Shown in pieces: positions 8,918 through 16,941 of a DNA stretch of 32,000 nt. Position numbers and translations under genes: made by a program. Position 1 is the stretch's first letter. Every line of letters begins with the position of its first letter. The notes under the pieces were generated by a model that saw only the letters and a program-made list of their open reading frames with translations, made no database searches and was not told where the DNA came from. The stretch covers positions 180,001-212,000 of the forward strand of contig NZ_CP019964.1 in assembly GCF_002214165.1 (NCBI RefSeq). Reading direction: 5' to 3'. The stretch comes from Candidatus Saccharimonadota bacterium. Lineage in GTDB: Archaea; Micrarchaeota; Micrarchaeia; Micrarchaeales; Micrarchaeaceae.

Positions 8918-9559
8918 CTAAAATCCATAAGAATTACCTGAAGTTATAATGTCCTGAAATTCATCCATCTCATCAAATTTAAATGGATGTTTATATATAT
9001 CTAGAACTTTGCTGCAATCTATATCCTTCCGAATCTTAAATCTTGCAGAAATCTTGCACTGTATAAATGTGATTGATTGTACAATATCCTTATTAGACCT
9101 TATTTCTAAAACGCTGTTTGGGCTTGCAATATTTTCACCGCAATAATCCAATGCTTCAGATATAAGGTTCTCTCTTATCTTGCCTCTTTGGTATCCTCTT
9201 TTAATCATCCTTGATTCCAATTTCCTTAAATGCTCCCTTTTGACTATTGCAATATCATATGGCAATTTTACATCCGCCAAAAGATGACCTACCAATATAA
9301 CCACACCATCAAAATCCTCAACTGTCTCCTCTATAACTTTCTTAAGGGCAACTGTGTTAACAAGCTTTGATCCAAATTCATCAATGCCTCTATAGATATT
9401 GTATTTATCCACTAAGTCATTTACCTCGATAAGTTTTACATCTAAGGGTTTAAACGAATCCAAAAGACCTTGATAAAGCTCATTTGAAAAATAAGATTTC
9501 CCCGATGCAGGAGAACCAGTTACTGCAATCAAGAAAGGTTTATCCTTTGAGGTTTTCAT
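8918..9559 (-). CDS. P-loop NTPase, adenylate kinase-like (Fap7/AK6 family) with C-terminal extension
   Basis: The Walker A motif is IAVTGSPASGKS. VVILVGHLLADVKLPYDIAIVKREHLRKLESRMIKRGYQRGKIRENLISEALD parallels the archaeal Fap7 pattern (V.DGHL.H....D.V.VLR..P..L..RL..RGY...KI.EN..AE). About 55 extra C-terminal residues follow. Confidence 0.55.
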   Translation of the reverse strand: MKTSKDKPFLIAVTGSPASGKSYFSNELYQGLLDSFKPLDVKLIEVNDLVDKYNIYRGIDEFGSKLVNTVALKKVIEETVEDFDGVVILVGHLLADVKLPYDIAIVKREHLRKLESRMIKRGYQRGKIRENLISEALDYCGENIASPNSVLEIRSNKDIVQSITFIQCKISARFKIRKDIDCSKVLDIYKHPFKFDEMDEFQDIITSGNSYGF

Positions 9560-9603
9560 GATCCTGCACTTTAATAGAATTCTTTCTATGCCCCCAACTG
9601 ATT

Positions 9604-10359
9604 TCAGCTAGGGTTAATTGGTCCATTGCTGCCTGCTTTATCGCTATTTTTGGAAGTGCCTGCGTTGTTTATACTGTGTGAATCAGAGACGGTATTCACG
9701 TCCGTCCCCTTACTTCCACTTCCACCGGTATTGGCATCCGATGCCTGTTTTGGCTGATTATCAATACCCATAACAAATTCAGCATTTGCAAACAAATAAT
9801 TTATCTCATTTCTGCTTGAATCAAGGTCCAATGCGGTATTGGCTTCTAATAACAGATTTACATCATAGCTCTTATGATTTCCAAAGAATATCCATTCCCC
9901 TATGGAATAATCATCGTATTTATCAGTAGAGTCAAGTACAAAATTGGATGAGGAAGCCAGCTTATTCAATAAAGACGATATGCTATCGTTAAATTCATTT
10001 ATATAGATAATATCTACGGCATCCTTATTATATCTCATATTTGCAGGTGAGATTATAGGCAAATTGGATTTTTTTGATAAGTCTGCCAGGAAACTCGACA
10101 CCTTCTGGGTAACATCATTGCAATTTTTCAAGTTTTTATTTAATTCTTCTCTGTCATCTTTTATAGATGTCTCTATTTGGTCCAGATAACCGTATATATC
10201 ATCCCGGATTTTTTCAAAATTCGCTTTTGCTGCTAAATTATCTGTGTAATTTCCAGGATTAGAAAGGAGATCCGCCAAATTTAGGCCATATTTCTTGTTT
10301 ATCTCATCGGATCTATCGTTTAAAATTCCATCAGTAAAATCACTCCATTTCTCTGCCAT
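9604..10359 (-). CDS. Hypothetical protein (251 aa) with G/S/N/T-rich low-complexity tail
   Basis: A long ORF. I prefer the ATG at 10359, with GGTG 5 nt upstream, over the ORF-track GTG at 10365. No TM segment, signal peptide or known motif was recognised. Confidence 0.6.
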   Translation of the reverse strand: MAEKWSDFTDGILNDRSDEINKKYGLNLADLLSNPGNYTDNLAAKANFEKIRDDIYGYLDQIETSIKDDREELNKNLKNCNDVTQKVSSFLADLSKKSNLPIISPANMRYNKDAVDIIYINEFNDSISSLLNKLASSSNFVLDSTDKYDDYSIGEWIFFGNHKSYDVNLLLEANTALDLDSSRNEINYLFANAEFVMGIDNQPKQASDANTGGSGSKGTDVNTVSDSHSINNAGTSKNSDKAGSNGPINPS

Positions 10360-10380
10360 AAACACACCAAATTATACCAA

Positions 10381-10388
10381 TTTATAAA
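10381..10388. promoter_or_regulatory. Palindromic TATA box in a 64-bp divergent spacer
   Basis: TTTATAAA is its own reverse complement. It lies about 25 nt from the minus-strand ATG at 10359 and about 40 nt from the plus-strand ATG at 10424. Confidence 0.3.
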
Positions 10389-10423
10389 TATTCGGGATTC
10401 AAAATATAAAAAGGTAATGTAGA

Positions 10424-10690
10424 ATGGATGAGAATATAGAATTGCGGATATCAAATGATATCGAATATTTTTATAAAAACATTAAGAAATTTGATAATTC
10501 TGAATTGCAGAATGAACTGAAGTCAAATAAAAATTTGAAATATGTATATGAATTATCAAGCATGTATGCATCTGATGCCAAGAGCTACCTGGAAAAAAAG
10601 GACTTTTATACATCTTTCTCTTGCATATCATATGCACACGGACTTTTGGATGCTTTGCTATATTTAAAGGGATTAAATGGAGATTTATGA
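10424..10690 (+). CDS. Small helical protein, DUF357-like
   Basis: The 88-aa sequence ...ASDAKSYLEKKDFYTSFSCISYAHGLLDAL... resembles the DUF357 motif as I remember it (..A..fle.gD...A....sYAhGwLDAg). AGGTAA lies upstream of the ATG. The 3' end overlaps the trm1 start by 14 nt. The family call is from memory only. Confidence 0.55.
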   Translation: MDENIELRISNDIEYFYKNIKKFDNSELQNELKSNKNLKYVYELSSMYASDAKSYLEKKDFYTSFSCISYAHGLLDALLYLKGLNGDL

Positions 10691-11807
10691 AGAGGGAAAG
10701 GCAAGGATAAAATTCAACTCCCAGTCATTCTTAAATCCAAAAGCTCAGCTTTCAAGGGATTTAAGTGTAGCATTCGTAAAATATAAGACTAAGATAAATC
10801 CAAAAGCTACTGTTATAGACACAACTTCCGCAACGGGTATAAGAGGAATAAGATATTACAAGGAGGGAGGAGCTAAAGAAATTTGCATGTTGGAGATAAA
10901 TAATTCTGCTTTCAAAGACCTAAAAGGCAATATGAATTACAATAAGATGAATAAGGATAGCAATGTGAGATACTATAATACCAGCATTCAGGAGTTTGCC
11001 AATTCAAGTGTGCGTGAAAGTTTTGATATAATAGATCTTGATCCATTTGGCAGTGCTGCACCAAATTTGACAGATATCATGAAATTGGCTAGGGATAAGT
11101 CCAGCCTTATGATAACCGCTACAGATGTTGCCGTTTTATGTGGTGCACACTATAAAGCATGCCTGAAAACTTATTTTGCACAACCATTGCACAATGCACT
11201 TTGCCATGAAGTGGGAATACGCATACTTCTAGGTTATATAGCTAGAATAGCTTCTCTGTTTAACTTCGGGATTGAGCCTGAGATAAGCATATCTTATCTG
11301 CATTATGTAAGGTTGTTCCTGAAACTTGACCATGGAGCCGCTGCGGCTGTTAAAAACTACGAAAGCATAGGTTATGCGTTATACTGTAAGGCCTGTGGAA
11401 ATTTTGCCTTAAACTCACCTATCCCGCATTCGTTGAACTGCAATGTGTGTGGCCACGAATACTCAATTGCCGGGCCACTCTGGGTTGGGAGGATACAGGA
11501 CAAGACTGTAATAAATGGCGTTAAAGAGGTTATGTCACAGGATAAAGTGAAGAATGATGAAATGACCTTTATGTCTAACTTATCAAGCGAACTAGATACA
11601 CCCCTTTATTACAGCATACCTGCTCTGACCAAGATGATGAATGTTGAGTCAGTGAGCTATGACAGGTTAAAGGAAGAGCTGCAATCACAAGGGCACTCAA
11701 TATCCAAAACACATATGAACAAGGAGTCAATAAAGACCGATGCAGGGATATCTGAAGTAAAAGCAGCCATCCTAAAAGTGCTTAAAAGCCGAAACATGAT
11801 TAATTAA
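10677..11807 (+). CDS. trm1: tRNA (guanine(26)-N2)-dimethyltransferase Trm1
   Basis: Trm1 motifs are present: FLNPKAQLSRDLSV, SATGIRGIRY and the SAM-MTase motif DIIDLDPFGSAAPNL. The C-terminal domain has a Cys cluster (CKACGNF...CNVCGHEY). Confidence 0.9.
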   Translation: MEIYEEGKARIKFNSQSFLNPKAQLSRDLSVAFVKYKTKINPKATVIDTTSATGIRGIRYYKEGGAKEICMLEINNSAFKDLKGNMNYNKMNKDSNVRYYNTSIQEFANSSVRESFDIIDLDPFGSAAPNLTDIMKLARDKSSLMITATDVAVLCGAHYKACLKTYFAQPLHNALCHEVGIRILLGYIARIASLFNFGIEPEISISYLHYVRLFLKLDHGAAAAVKNYESIGYALYCKACGNFALNSPIPHSLNCNVCGHEYSIAGPLWVGRIQDKTVINGVKEVMSQDKVKNDEMTFMSNLSSELDTPLYYSIPALTKMMNVESVSYDRLKEELQSQGHSISKTHMNKESIKTDAGISEVKAAILKVLKSRNMIN

Positions 11808-11949
11808 AGTATTTAAAAATCTTTGCATTAATAAAATTATTGAAAATATGAGAATAATCTAAGGGATTTTACTAAAATATAGCTCTTTTTAAGGAATAAT
11901 AACATATAAATACACTAAAATCAATAATAATTATGGATTGGTGGGTGTA

Positions 11950-12222
11950 ATGATGAATGGAATAAATAAAGAAAATATGAAAACGGCTTCCTGCGCGTTA
12001 TGTGGGAAAAAGTTAAACAAAACTGATACTAAATTTGTATTAGCCTCTAGTAATTTCAACGTAAATACAATGCCTCTAGACAGGCGTGTGCTATGCGTTG
12101 ACTGCTATATAAAGACGATAAATAAAACTAGGTCTAACACTTATTCGAAAGGTTCTGTCGAGGTAAAGAGCCATATGAGGCATAGATTGGCAAGAACGAT
12201 GCTTTACAATTCCAATAAATAA
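11950..12222 (+). CDS. Small zinc-ribbon protein with basic C-terminal tail (hypothetical)
   Basis: It has two CxxC pairs (CALCGKK ... CVDCYIK) and a basic tail. The ORF track starts at TTG 11938. GGTG at 11944-11947 favours ATG 11950 or 11953. Confidence 0.5.
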   Translation: MMNGINKENMKTASCALCGKKLNKTDTKFVLASSNFNVNTMPLDRRVLCVDCYIKTINKTRSNTYSKGSVEVKSHMRHRLARTMLYNSNK

Positions 12223-12228
12223 ATATAT

Positions 12229-12267
12229 GGGTGGCAAGCAGATTTGCAAATTAGCTAGTTGCCACCC
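12229..12267. terminator. GC-rich 9-bp hairpin between convergent genes
   Basis: GGGTGGCAA (12229-12237) pairs perfectly with TTGCCACCC (12259-12267) across a 21-nt loop. It starts 7 nt after the zinc-ribbon gene stop and ends 62 nt before the helicase gene stop. Confidence 0.35.
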
Positions 12268-12328
12268 CTAAATGAGAATATAGAAAACAAAAATCTGTTT
12301 AAAGTTATGTTTTATCATTGATTTTAGA

Positions 12329-13633
12329 TTAATTTCCATAAACGTATCTGCCGCTTTTTCCGTGCCTCTTGTTGTTGTTCGTATAAGGTTTTGATCTGCT
12401 GTCATTTCTTCTGTATCTATCAGGTCTTTCACTTGAACCCCTAGCAGATCTAAATCCTGTCTTCCTTTTCGATTTGGCCATCGCCTTTTCGATAGATTCA
12501 CTCGCGAGATTGGCATACTTGTCTATATGAAGTACGATCTCGTTCATTTTTATTTTATTCTTATTCTCTATCTCTTGGATCAATTCCTCCTCTGAATCGC
12601 TGACTATATTAAAGGCTTTTCCGCTTTTTCCCATCCTGGCAGATCTGCCCACTCTATGAACATAAACATCAGTATCCTCCGGCAAATCATAGTTTATTAT
12701 GGTCTGGATGTCCTTGATATCAATCCCTCTTGCCAGTACATCTGTAGTTACCAAAACCTCTCCATTGACCTTAAAATTGTTCAGGACTCTTTCTCTCCTG
12801 TCCTGTGTCAATCCACCATGTATGAGCATTGAGTTAACTCCTGCTTCCTTCAACGCTTCACAGACCAGATCTGCTCCCGATTTTGTCCTGCTAAACACTA
12901 TAGTTTTGCCAGGATTGTTTTCTTTAAGGTAAGTAAGCAGAGTCTGGAACTTTTTGTTTTTCCTAGTGAGGTAAAATGAGTGGTCTATCGTTTTTACTGT
13001 TATCCCATCAGTGCCTCCAATTGATATAAATTCAGGTTCTGTTGTGTGGTTATGTATTGTAGAATTTAATTCTCTAGGTATAGTGGCAGAAAAAAGCATA
13101 GTCTGCCTCTCTTTTTTAGTTGCGCTCAGTATCCTATTGACATCTTCTATGAAACCCATATTAAGCATATCATCTGCTTCGTCTATTACTGCATACTTGA
13201 TATTGTCCAATTTGAGTACTCCCCTATCCATGATATCCAAAAGCCTTCCTGGCGTGCCTATAACTATGTTGCAGCCATTCTTTATACCGTTTATCTGTGG
13301 GTTAATTGATACGCCTCCATATACAACCACAGGTTTAAATCTGCGGTCACCCAAATTCTCTATCGCCTTATAAGTTTGCATGGCCAGCTCTCTGGTAGGT
13401 GCAAGCACTATCGCTACAGGGTTCCTATAATCCATCCCTGACAGCTTATTCAGGATTGGAAGTACAAATGCGTAAGTCTTGCCGCTTCCTGTTTTAGAGC
13501 GCACAACAACGTCTTTTCCTGCCAATATAATAGGTATTGATACTTTCTGTACTTCAGTTGCATCAACTATTCCAATAGCGTTTAATTTATCTACCAATGT
13601 TTTTTCTATCCCTAATTCTTCAAATAAGGTCAT
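12329..13633 (-). CDS. DEAD-box ATP-dependent RNA helicase
   Basis: All core motifs are present: Q (ATEVQ), I (SKTGSGKT), Ia (PTRELA), II (DEAD), III (SAT), V (ARGID), VI (HRVGRSAR). The C-terminal tail is R/K/S-rich. GGTG lies 5 nt upstream of the ATG. Confidence 0.93.
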   Translation of the reverse strand: MTLFEELGIEKTLVDKLNAIGIVDATEVQKVSIPIILAGKDVVVRSKTGSGKTYAFVLPILNKLSGMDYRNPVAIVLAPTRELAMQTYKAIENLGDRRFKPVVVYGGVSINPQINGIKNGCNIVIGTPGRLLDIMDRGVLKLDNIKYAVIDEADDMLNMGFIEDVNRILSATKKERQTMLFSATIPRELNSTIHNHTTEPEFISIGGTDGITVKTIDHSFYLTRKNKKFQTLLTYLKENNPGKTIVFSRTKSGADLVCEALKEAGVNSMLIHGGLTQDRRERVLNNFKVNGEVLVTTDVLARGIDIKDIQTIINYDLPEDTDVYVHRVGRSARMGKSGKAFNIVSDSEEELIQEIENKNKIKMNEIVLHIDKYANLASESIEKAMAKSKRKTGFRSARGSSERPDRYRRNDSRSKPYTNNNKRHGKSGRYVYGN

Positions 13634-13930
13634 AAATGCACCAATTTTAAATTGTTAAAATTTATAGAATAAGCCCAATAAAGTTTACCTTCATTAATAT
13701 AAATCGACTAAAAATCAAGATATAACACTCCGTAATACTTTGAACTTAACTTCTATAAACTAATTTTATATCTAAATATATAAGACTTTCTATTTATACC
13801 TAAATAAATAAGCCATCTAAGTAAAGTAATATGAGTGGATTGGAGTACCACTTATTCATTGTCCATCGTCATATATTTGACTGTTGGGATACTGCTTTAT
13901 ACTTTTTCTTTTAAAAATTAATAGATTCAT

Positions 13931-14779
13931 ATGACCAGCAGGTTAAGCGCAAAACCAAAAATAAAATCTGATATATATTACTTAGGTTACCAAAAGAACA
14001 GCATTTTTGACAATATGGCAATTGATGAGGTTCTTATGGAGCTTGCGGACAAGGAGAATAAATTCTTTTTCAGGCTATACGATTTTAACAAAGACTCAAT
14101 AATACTGGCATTTTCAGATTCGATGGAAAATGTCAAGGCTGTCGATGGCAATGTCGAGTTAACCCGCAGGCTGAGCGCCGGAAAACCCATTTATATAGAT
14201 GACAATGTGCTTTCATATAGCTTTATAGGGCCGATGAAAGACAATGGCACATTAAAAAATGGGGAGAGCATACACGATTTCTTTGGAACAATAATAATGG
14301 ATTCGATAAAATCCATCTCAAACGACCCCGAAAGGCCAAATATAAAACTTGGCAAGGCTTATAGTATAAAAGTAGGGGAAAAGCCAATAGTTGGAAATGG
14401 CCAGCACATAAGTTTATCACATTCGTTCATGTATCATGGAATAATAGCGGTCGGTAAATGGAATGCAGAAAAGGTCAACGCTTACTTGAATTTGGTACGC
14501 AAGGACTATGAAGCACTCAAAGACCTGCCAAGCATAGAAAGCATAAACAGGGTAAAGGGCCAAAGCATAGAATATTACAAGTCTGAACTTATCAAGCAGA
14601 TAATAAAAAATATCAATAACCGCTTCAACAGTGTCAAGGAAATAAGCAAAGAAGAATCAAATGAAATAAATAAGATGAAGTTGGAGAAAGTGCCAAAGTA
14701 CAAGGATATTGGATGGATTGACAGGAAGGATATATTATTAAAGAAAGATTCAAGATTCTGCCTGTTATGGCCGGACTGA
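13931..14779 (+). CDS. Biotin/lipoate A/B protein ligase family protein (LplA-like, divergent)
   Basis: NMAIDEVLM...FFFRLYDF..DSIILAFSD...LTRRLSAGKPIYIDDNVLSYSF...VGEKPIVGNGQHIS...YHG follows the LplA layout (N.A.DE...R.Y.....V.iG..Q....l.RR.TGGGAVYHD.G.l.fS...G.K i.G.Aq...HG). The glycine-rich motif is degraded. Confidence 0.5.
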   Translation: MTSRLSAKPKIKSDIYYLGYQKNSIFDNMAIDEVLMELADKENKFFFRLYDFNKDSIILAFSDSMENVKAVDGNVELTRRLSAGKPIYIDDNVLSYSFIGPMKDNGTLKNGESIHDFFGTIIMDSIKSISNDPERPNIKLGKAYSIKVGEKPIVGNGQHISLSHSFMYHGIIAVGKWNAEKVNAYLNLVRKDYEALKDLPSIESINRVKGQSIEYYKSELIKQIIKNINNRFNSVKEISKEESNEINKMKLEKVPKYKDIGWIDRKDILLKKDSRFCLLWPD

Positions 14780-14831
14780 ACCCAGTGCCAAGGAAGCACA
14801 AGAAAAAGGCTTTCTCCGATGCCTTAAAAGT

Positions 14832-15212
14832 TTATCTTATTAATTTTTTGACCTGGTCTAATTTATCAGATATCTGGCCGTTTAGCTCTTCATCATCGCT
14901 CTTATTCTGGCTTAGATAATTTTCTATAGAGTTTACCAGTTCAACAAGATCTTTCCTATTCTCCTCAAGCTGGTTCATTAAGGAGCGGTTTTTGTAAAAA
15001 GCATCAAGTGCATCCAGTATCTTTTTGTTCTCTACTGTTTCCTCCCCATTATCCAATTTCGAACTTGTAAATTTTATGAGTTCTACCAGCTCCTCCTTTG
15101 ATACAGAATCGTAATTTGATTTCATCTTGCCTGCAATCTGACCAAAATTATCGAACGCATATTTCAACTTATCAAAAAGGCTTTTTAAAGATAAAACTGA
15201 AATGTTCTGCAT
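14832..15212 (-). CDS. Hypothetical acidic helical/coiled-coil protein (126 aa)
   Basis: An ORF with coding-like composition. I prefer ATG 15212, preceded by TTGAT with a 4-nt spacer, over the ORF-track TTG at 15221. Confidence 0.5.
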   Translation of the reverse strand: MQNISVLSLKSLFDKLKYAFDNFGQIAGKMKSNYDSVSKEELVELIKFTSSKLDNGEETVENKKILDALDAFYKNRSLMNQLEENRKDLVELVNSIENYLSQNKSDDEELNGQISDKLDQVKKLIR

Positions 15213-15297
15213 TGAAATCAATTATAATGAAACCTCAAAATTAATAAACTTAAACTTAATCATCATCTTAAAATATTAACGGGGCCAAACGATAAAT

Positions 15298-15678
15298 ATG
15301 GAATCAATAACAAATACGGAACCTTATAGGAAAATTGAGCACCTGTCCAAGCTTAGCGAGGGAGAATTTTTGAAATACTGCTCAAATAATGATATAAAGC
15401 CGATTATAAGGGAGTACTGCAGTATGCTTGTCAGGAAAATATCGGAAAAGTTCGGGAAGCCTGTAGAATACAGTTCAATACCAAATTTCCTTTTTGAAAG
15501 AGATTTGATAGATCCCTCATTGTACCCCCAGCTTAAGGAAATGCTGTTATTTGTAGATAATTTGGAAAACGAGCCGTTGCCTGAAATATATTACAACTTG
15601 ATAAGGATACTTGAAACCATAGAAGAGGCATATGAGCAGATAGATCTAAAATTCTCAAAAAAGCGAGATAAGCAGTAG
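15298..15678 (+). CDS. Hypothetical protein (126 aa)
   Basis: An ORF with an A/T-rich box TTAAAATAT (15268-15276) about 26 nt upstream of the ATG and no SD, which suggests a leaderless transcript. No family recognised. Confidence 0.5.
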   Translation: MESITNTEPYRKIEHLSKLSEGEFLKYCSNNDIKPIIREYCSMLVRKISEKFGKPVEYSSIPNFLFERDLIDPSLYPQLKEMLLFVDNLENEPLPEIYYNLIRILETIEEAYEQIDLKFSKKRDKQ

Positions 15679-15739
15679 CGGCCAATAAATAAAATTTACA
15701 GTTATGAAATAATTAATTTGACAATTGCCAACTTATCTA

Positions 15740-15747
15740 TTTATAAA
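15740..15747 (+). promoter_or_regulatory. Candidate TATA box (leaderless antiporter mRNA)
   Basis: The centre of TTTATAAA lies about 25 nt upstream of ATG 15769. There is no SD between them. Confidence 0.35.
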
Positions 15748-15768
15748 TACAAAATCTAAAAAAAGCTT

Positions 15769-16941
15769 ATGGAAATTTTAATAGCGCTTCTATTATTGCT
15801 AGCAGTGTCTATATCATTGGGCAAGCTTCTGGAGAGATTCGGGATAACCGATATAGTAGGGCAGATAATTGCAGGAATGATACTTGGCCCATCCCTGCTA
15901 AATATAATCCAGCCCTCTTCATTGCTGTCAGGGATAGCGGAGGTTGCGATATTCTTCATACTGCTTTTCATAGGGATAGAGATAACTACAGAGACATTAA
16001 CCAACCATATTAAAAGTTCAATAAGGTTTACTTTATCCTCATTTATAATACCTGTAATACTGATGTGCATAGTAAGCATATACCTTCTCAATATCCCAAT
16101 ATCCGAATCTATTATAGCATCGGTTGCAATAGGCGTCCCTTCAATCTCAATAATATCTGTCCTTATATATCGCTATTCTCTGATACATACAGAAGGCGGG
16201 CTAAAAATACTATCTGCAGTAATATTCACAGACATAATTGCATTTGTAATACTTGCGGCCGTAATGCAGTCATCCCACTTGCTACTTACAGTGGCAGGCG
16301 TGATGATATTTTTGCTCATACTGCTTTACATAGATAGGGAACTTAGGTACCACGGAAGGACCATAAGGCCTTTCTTCAAGAAGCTATTGGATAATAGGAA
16401 AGAGGATACAATATTCGCATTGGTTCTGATAATGAGCCTGCTTGTTTCTGCAATACTCCAGGTAATAGGAATAACCTATGTCTTGGGGGCGGTATTTGCG
16501 GGAATGCTGATACACAAAACAACAGTAGGAACACGCACTACACAGATGCTTAAGGATACGTTCAGGAGGCTAAATGACAGCTTCTTTATACCAATCTTCT
16601 TCAGCATTGCTGGATTGGAGTTCAGGATACCAAGCTCCAAATACATAATACTTCTCGTAATCCTAGTTGGGATAAGCCTTCTGGTTGGAGGGGTAATGAA
16701 TTACTTCAATGCTAAAAGGCATATCCGCAATATCCCTCCAAGTGAAGTCACAGGAATCCTGGGGAGCAGAGGTGCGGTAGGAATAGTTATCGCTTCACTC
16801 GCGTTCCAAAGCAGCATCATAAACAGCCAGATATATGCTATAATATTAGTTGGGACAATAGTGATGTCTTTGATAATGCCGCTTCTGCTATCCAGCGGGA
16901 GGGCTAAAAGGCAGGTTGCGGGATCATCTGCTGAAGCTTAA
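15769..16941 (+). CDS. Monovalent cation:proton antiporter (CPA2 / Kef-NapA type), membrane domain only
   Basis: The N-terminus LGKLLERFGITDIVGQIIAGMILGPSLL is the CPA2 hallmark. About 11-12 hydrophobic segments follow, and there is no C-terminal KTN/TrkA domain. TTTATAAA (15740-15747) lies about 25 nt upstream of the ATG, which suggests a leaderless transcript. Confidence 0.85.
   Translation: MEILIALLLLLAVSISLGKLLERFGITDIVGQIIAGMILGPSLLNIIQPSSLLSGIAEVAIFFILLFIGIEITTETLTNHIKSSIRFTLSSFIIPVILMCIVSIYLLNIPISESIIASVAIGVPSISIISVLIYRYSLIHTEGGLKILSAVIFTDIIAFVILAAVMQSSHLLLTVAGVMIFLLILLYIDRELRYHGRTIRPFFKKLLDNRKEDTIFALVLIMSLLVSAILQVIGITYVLGAVFAGMLIHKTTVGTRTTQMLKDTFRRLNDSFFIPIFFSIAGLEFRIPSSKYIILLVILVGISLLVGGVMNYFNAKRHIRNIPPSEVTGILGSRGAVGIVIASLAFQSSIINSQIYAIILVGTIVMSLIMPLLLSSGRAKRQVAGSSAEA

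Noticed and set aside
12268-12516. An 82-aa same-strand, out-of-frame ORF in the helicase 3' end
   Set aside because: It overlaps the conserved DEAD-box helicase frame, whose basic tail continues to 12329. There is no independent support.
13770-13812. A 15-nt near-repeat, ATCTAAATATATAAG / ACCTAAATAAATAAG, spaced 28 bp apart in the 297-bp divergent spacer
   Set aside because: This is low-complexity AT-rich sequence with two mismatches, so it is easily produced by chance. It may simply reflect TATA-like promoter composition.
13831-13914. A 27-codon ORF (MSGLEYHLFIVHRHIFDCWDTALYFFF) upstream of the LplA-like gene, considered as a possible uORF or leader peptide
   Set aside because: It has no SD or TATA in register, and an ORF of this length is expected by chance. 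I cannot support it from the sequence alone.
13634-13930. The long AT-rich spacers (13634-13930 and also 26290-26569) as candidate replication origins
   Set aside because: There is no adjacent orc1/cdc6 gene and I recognised no ORB-like repeated elements. Both are divergent promoter regions, which explains their AT-richness.
14832-15678. The idea that the divergent small-gene pair is a HEPN/MNT or other toxin-antitoxin module
   Set aside because: There is no Rx4-6H HEPN motif in the right context (only RKIEH, with the wrong spacing). There is no GSx10DxD nucleotidyltransferase motif. The genes are divergent rather than co-transcribed.
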